Of a DNA stretch of 64,000 nt, positions 58,447 to 64,000 are shown in pieces (the first letter of the stretch is position 1; each line of letters starts with the position of its first letter). The stretch is from Takakia lepidozioides (Eukaryota; Plantae; Bryophyta). A program made the position numbers and the translations under genes. The notes under the pieces were generated by a model. It worked only from the letters and a program-made list of their open reading frames with translations. It had not been told where the DNA came from and did not search any database. Location of the stretch: contig CM060731.1 in NCBI GenBank assembly GCA_030704615.1, forward strand, positions 35,340,001 through 35,404,000, read 5' to 3'.

Positions 58447-61400
58447 TCAAGCCTTGAGATCTAGGTCAAGAACTTCCTTGACATTTGGGGTCCCCCTTCT
58501 CTTCCAACAGCTCCACAGAGAAGCCAAGCCCCTCTTGTTGGATCGAGCAATTCGAGCAGTCTCCTTCTGCAGCACCAAGTTGGTCATGTACTCCAGCACA
58601 GCCTGAAAACAATAACCAGTTGGGTTAGCTGTAGCCAAACAACAGCCTGGATTCCCACTATTGTGTAGGTAAGTTAGGGGAAAACTCATCTAAGTGGGTG
58701 TCCTAGGCATGAACGCAGAAGCACCCCTATTCTTCCATACTATCATAGCTTAGCAGTTGGTGAATTATCCCTGTGTCTTCCATCCCAGTAGTGGTAAGAG
58801 CAAGGCAAGAAGCAGGATTATAGAGACTGCTGTAGCTTTGTGGAATGCCAGAGCTGGACCAGCCAACTTTTCAATACCTCTTTTCCCTGCTCTGCAACCT
58901 GGAGAGGGGGAGTTCGAAGTGGATTGCCATCGAGTTTGAGTTTCCGGAGGCCTGTTAGCAGGGCGAAGGAGTCAGGCAGCACTGTAAGATGGTTGCAGCT
59001 GATGTCCAGCTCTCGCAAACTTTGTAACTGCCCAATCGACTGAGGTAGTTCCCTCAGCTCCGCAAAATTGGAAGAAATGTCCAGTTTTGTCAGATTAGGC
59101 AATAAACACAAGCTCTCAGGGACACTTTCTAGGTGGTTGAAGTGGACTGCCAGTTCAGTAAGATTGGTGAGTGAGGATATGGTGGTGGGCAGGCTTTTCA
59201 GGCGATTGAGGTGCACAGACATGTGCCGCAACATCGTCAGGTGGCCAACAGCCTCTGGCAGCGCCTTCAACTCGTTGAAATCTGCAGTCAGTTCAACGAG
59301 TGATGTGCAAAGACCAATAGTCCATGGCAGCTCCTCAATTGAGTTCTTCTGGACATTCAGCTTAGTCAAGTTGCTCAGGCAGCCCAGAGAATCTGGCAAC
59401 CCCTTGAGTTCGTTTGCTTGCACATCCAGCTGGGTCAGCCCTGCCAACTCTCCAATCGACTCAGGCACCGCTTGTAATTGATTTCCTGCCAACCCACACA
59501 TAGCTTATGTTCAAACTTTGGCGTCAACATAAGTCATTGATGATACGTCTGGAGTATTAGCACAGGAAAGTCTTCATCACATGATACTAATGAGGTCAAT
59601 GCTGCCCTTACAACCGCTATTGGTGCAATCTTTCTATCTGGATGTCCAGGCAGCGTTTCCAAATTTGATGCTTTCAGAAGTGCAGGGGGCCCTGAACTGT
59701 GGACCATCCAGGGAATGCTCAGGCCCTTGCTAAAACCCTGAGGGCCTCACCGCCCAAAATCCCGAAAAGCCACACTCACAGTTCGAATGTCCAGAAGTGA
59801 GTTGACCAGGGTTAGTGGGTGGTATACTGAAGTGTGTTGAGTACAGCTTCAGAGACATACAACACGTCATACAATAGAAAACATGTAAGAGGCATCGTGG
59901 CTGTTACTTATGTTGGAACTTGATGAACAATGGCAGCTTACTTTCTAGGTACATGACACAATTGTTCAGCTGTCAAGACTTCAGATGTTTTGTTAAGTTG
60001 GTGCCAGTTGTAACTGCTCACCGTGACTACTGTTGGCCCTAGATATAGCTTCCACACGCAACAACGTCTCTGCCGGTCAGGCATTGAAGCAGGGCTCATG
60101 CTAAGAACTCATCTCTTGAGCCCTGCTATCATACCCACCTACTGGCTGCCGACAGGTAAACCCCACACTACTGTGGGATGGGGTCCCGTGGCTTATCACA
60201 CCTGGACACAGGTTAAAGCAAGTATTCCCCACTTATTGCACGCTTCAGCACACAAGTTTGGTGGCCAGGAGAAAATGGAGGTCCCCTGAAACACTGCAAC
60301 ATGAAGACGAGCATAAGGCACTTCAACAAATATGAGCCACTTTCATTCATTCTCTTCTTAAGTCTAGGCCTAACTTGCAGACAGCATTTATTATATCAGT
60401 CAGAAAGACTAGAGTCTTTCACAATTGCAAGCAAAATCTGGGTATTTCCTCCAAAGTGGGGGATGACATCTTTGTAGTCGAACATACCTGACAAGTCAAG
60501 AGATGTGAGATTTGTTAGCAGCCCTATTGATTCAGTAAGCCAGAATATTCCTCTGTTGCTGAGATCCAGGGTGTCCAACTTTTGGATGACAGCGTTCTCC
60601 CAAGTGTCCAGCAGCTGCGCAGAATAAACCTGAGTCCCCACCACACCATCCTCCGTGATGGTAGATAGCTCCGGCACTACAGACCACAAATGCAAGCGAT
60701 CCATTCCCAATGGAGGGTTCATATTTGTTGCCAGCTAGAAGTAACAGTCTTATTATCAATTACAGGAATCCCGGGGTACAACAGTCCCTTACATGTGTAT
60801 AGTTAAGGTTACAACATTGAGCAGTGCACCAAATGTTGTCAAATACCTTCAAGGTGCATCAACCTGTACTGAAAATGTCAAATATATAGAAAGGGCAGAT
60901 GTAAAACCTGCACCGATGGTAGGACTTGGTGACAAAGCTGGCCTTGATGGAGTTCCCAACTGACCTAAGTTACTTGCTGTCATATTGGTTGTTGCACCTG
61001 GTGATAACCTCCAAGACTGCCCCCCTAGACGACTAGATGCCCGGGGACTGGCTGCTCGGGTCGATATTTTCCCATGAAATTCCTCTGACCCTAAATCCAA
61101 CACAGCATGGTCTTCTGCAACAGAAGAAAGACTGTTATGCTTCCCATCTGCTAACTGGCTTCCATTCTCTTTAGCTTCATGCTGAAGAATATTGTCAATT
61201 GTCATGTTATTCAAAGGATGGGATGCAGCCATCTGCATGCGTTGCAGAAGACTCTCAAAGTGGCGATGCCTCTCTTCAACCTCCATGGTGGCCACGGCCA
61301 TGCGCTTGTCATCTTGTGCCTGCACACATCGACAAACAAAGAGACAAAATACATCAGAAAGATTCCGTCTGAAATATTGCTCTGTGCAAAAAGGTGATGG

Positions 61401-62036
61401 TTTTCAAGTGCTTCCCATGGAGCAGGATCTAATTATCTAAGCCTAACAATCAACAGAATCTGCAGGGATGTGCACCCTCTTCAGGACATATGTGAGGATT
61501 CCAGAGATGAAAAGAACAAGCTTGCATCAGCTTCACAAATTCCACAAACTGCCACATCAAATTGTTGCTCCTGCATCGAGTGGTTTGGGTTATTCTCCAA
61601 GGAGAGTCATGCAGCAGGTCCATCTGTGGCCTGATGACAAAATATTGCCTGACAACTGCCATCAACCAAAGCATAAGGCGACATGCCTCCAGGTCACAAA
61701 ACTTGAGTAGTTTAGAAAGGAGTTGGTGAGAAACGGTACAGAAGGGGGCGTATGCACGGAAGAATGAGACCGAGTTATGACAACGCGTCCACATACCTGT
61801 CCACGCAGAACAGTCTCTCGCATTTCTTGGAGAGCACGGAAAACTGGGGAAGGGACCCCACCGGGTCTTGCCTGCACAAAAATCTCCTCCAAACGCGTTG
61901 CTAGTTCTGAATCCACTCTGAGCACTCTTTGCTGCGATATTTGCACCTCCTCCGGGCTGGGGCGGGAAGGGAGAGTGGCTTGCAGTTGCAACATTTCGGC
62001 CAGGACGTCCTCGATCGTCTCCATTCTCTTCCCCAT
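58447..62036 (-). CDS. PIRL: Plant intracellular Ras-group-related LRR protein; exons 62036-61797, 61319-60908, 60676-60488, 59485-58878, 58602-58447 (534 aa)
   Basis: N-terminal 'LPSRPSPEEV' coiled-coil; ~10 LRRs 'LPxSIGxLxxLxxLDxxxNxL'; 'GNPLRTPPLQVAEQGKEAVLEYM'. All introns are GT-AG and the phases join into one open frame. Confidence 0.93.
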
Positions 62037-63306
62037 CTTCTCCGCACATAGGCCCCAACCCAGTGCAAAAATGAAGACCTAAGTTGCGAAACCCGGACTA
62101 GTTTTTTGTCTCTGGGGAAATAAGCTCCCTTCGACACAAAGCGCAGCGCCAAATTGTAGCCTGCATTTAAACCGGGGCTGTGGTTTTACAAGACAACACA
62201 AGACAAAGAGTGCCTGCAAAGGCATCAGAATGCGAACACAAAGTTCTTACTCCAGAAGCATAATTGCCACATCACAACCTCGGAAAACCATCGGAAAATA
62301 AAAATGTCCATTCCTAACCAACAAAAATTATGCCACAAGATATGTTTCCCACCAAGGCTGCCAAGCAACAGCCTCGCAAGTTCTCCAAGACAAAGCCTGT
62401 AACCAAATCTGCAAACAAAATATTCTGAGACTCAAGAGACAATTGAGTTGAAGAAAAAACAAGCTGTTATCACCTACTTACCCAAGTGTCAGAGGAGATG
62501 TGATCCTGAAAAGAATAGAAAGAAGCGTTCTATAAATTTAACAAACCTAAAATTACATCAAACCCACGGAGCAGCACAGAGCACACTGCGAATTTGGTTC
62601 TAAAACATGACCAAAGAACTCCACGCACATGAGATTTGAACTAGATTTTACGCGAGGAAGAAAGAGCATACATACATTGAAGATGTGAAATGGATTACAT
62701 GTGCTGGATGAGCACAGATCCTTCACGAGGCTCTGCTTCTGGCATCGAAGTGGAGACAGACATGCACAGCATTAATCACAGGAAACATTTCCAGGGACAA
62801 CAACCGGTACACTCTCACCGCCGACTGACGACGTGTCGCACACGTTCATCCAATATCCATGCGGATGCACAGGCGACGCAGATGGATGTACGAACAATTG
62901 GTGTGACGATGTCGACGAATCCTGCAAAAAGTACATCCGATAAGATATTGTCGGATGTTTGCCCGCCGTCGACGGCCGGGAATCGACGATCCAAACTTGT
63001 CGCGGCGGACAAGCTGGGCCAACCACTCACTTTGCCGCGTGTCGCTTACCGAGTGGCCCCAAGGACGAAACTTCCGGTGAAATGAAAGAGACGAAAACCA
63101 CTAATTTATTTATAAATCTATTATTTTTGTATTCCCCGGATCCATCGGACTATAAATATATCCGCGGAATAACGGAATAACCCTACGAGTCGCCAGCTGT
63201 GTTGTTCGGTGGTTAGTTAAGATCAGGGAATATTCTTCTGGGTTCTTCTACCCTGTGGTAAAATGGAAGTGGGCGTAAATGTAATCTAGGACGTCCCTGA
63301 TGTTCG

Positions 63307-63315
63307 AAACCCTAA
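63307..63315 (+). promoter_or_regulatory. Telo-box upstream of the MRPS36/KGD4-like gene
   Basis: AAACCCTAA 53 bp before the ATG, with a TGGGC site-II-like motif near 63270. Confidence 0.5.
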
Positions 63316-63367
63316 TAAGCAAGGTGTTGTTGTGAGGTGGGGAGGGAGAGAAGAGGGCGAAGTAGCT

Positions 63368-63446
63368 ATGGTGGCCTCTCGGATTGCCAAGCGCATTCCG
63401 CTCATCAAGTTTCCTAATCGTCGTGGCCCTCAAGCTACCTCATCTG
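63368..63446 (+). CDS. First exon of an MRPS36/KGD4-family small mitochondrial protein
   Basis: 'MVASRIAKRIPLIKFPNRRGPQATSS' contains the family's PLIKFP motif; donor G|GTACGT. The rest of the gene was not identified in the window. Confidence 0.65.
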
Positions 63447-64000
63447 GTACGTGTTTTTCCTACTTCAAATTGGAGTGCGCGACTTGAAACTGCCTTCCCT
63501 TTTGGTGCTCTCCTAACTTGATAGATTGTTGCGTCGTAGCCATAGATCATTTCAGGCTAGGGCCACGTTTTTGGTGCATCTCGAAGTGTAAGGGGGCATC
63601 TTTCACATCAATTCAGAGGACTAACCTTTCAGAAAAACTATTAGTCTCTCAGTATTCTAAAGAGAGGTCTGAAGACCTTAGGGATCAACGGGAATTAGCC
63701 TGTTATGCACCGCAGTCACATCTTTTGCACGGTAAGCCTCTCCAGGAGGGTTAGTATCCCATGGGGACTTTTTCCTTGAAGGGTTGTGATCACCAGGAGG
63801 AGACCATTTCACCCCTCTCTCGCCTGGTCGCTCAGTGTGGCTGTTGGTGCAAACGCAGTTGTTGCAGCAGAGGGCCTAGAGGAGCAGTGCCGAAATCAAC
63901 CTCCTGTTCTCTAGTACGATGCAGTGCATAAGCAAATCCTCGCTTCCTTGTGAGTAGGTTGTTATCTACAGCATGGTTAGTGCTACAGCATCTCATGTTG

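Noticed and set aside
62684-63190. Possible solo LTR between PIRL and the MRPS36-like gene (TG start, TATAAATA)
   Set aside because: No matching CA end, terminal inverted repeat or TSD found.

Overview
Eukaryotic nuclear DNA from a land plant, probably a bryophyte or lycophyte (inferred from PLS/DYW PPR relics, a PPO relic, BAHD, PIRL, short GT-AG introns and telo-boxes). The first ~57 kb are mostly transposons and pseudogenes: a Helitron with Rep, Pif1 and a Ulp1-like protease; Ty3/gypsy fragments, one with a dUTPase-like domain and one chromovirus; a 4.2-kb element with ~1.1-kb terminal inverted repeats and a SWIM finger; a LINE fragment; MITEs; and a tRNA-derived SINE-like head. Broken host genes lie among them: PPR-DYW, PPO, DNA primase small subunit, BAHD acyltransferase and an alpha-amylase exon. 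A Crinkler-like NTPase+REase gene carries one frameshift. The right end holds an intact five-exon PIRL LRR gene and the first exon of an MRPS36/KGD4-like gene. The main discovery is three strongly diverged copies (4.9-7.2 kb, 23.6-25.8 kb, 44.7-46.8 kb) of a spliced gene encoding a bacterial/phage-type beta-class DNA amino-methyltransferase-like domain (N6_N4_Mtase order, motif IV before motif I). The copies share three introns at equivalent positions and phases, an N-terminal CxWY(L/M)DxP motif and an atypical (D/E)(I/L)PDG motif IV, and each has repeated or palindromic DNA motifs nearby. This suggests a mobile-element-borne methyltransferase family. All calls come from reading motifs by eye; no searches were run.
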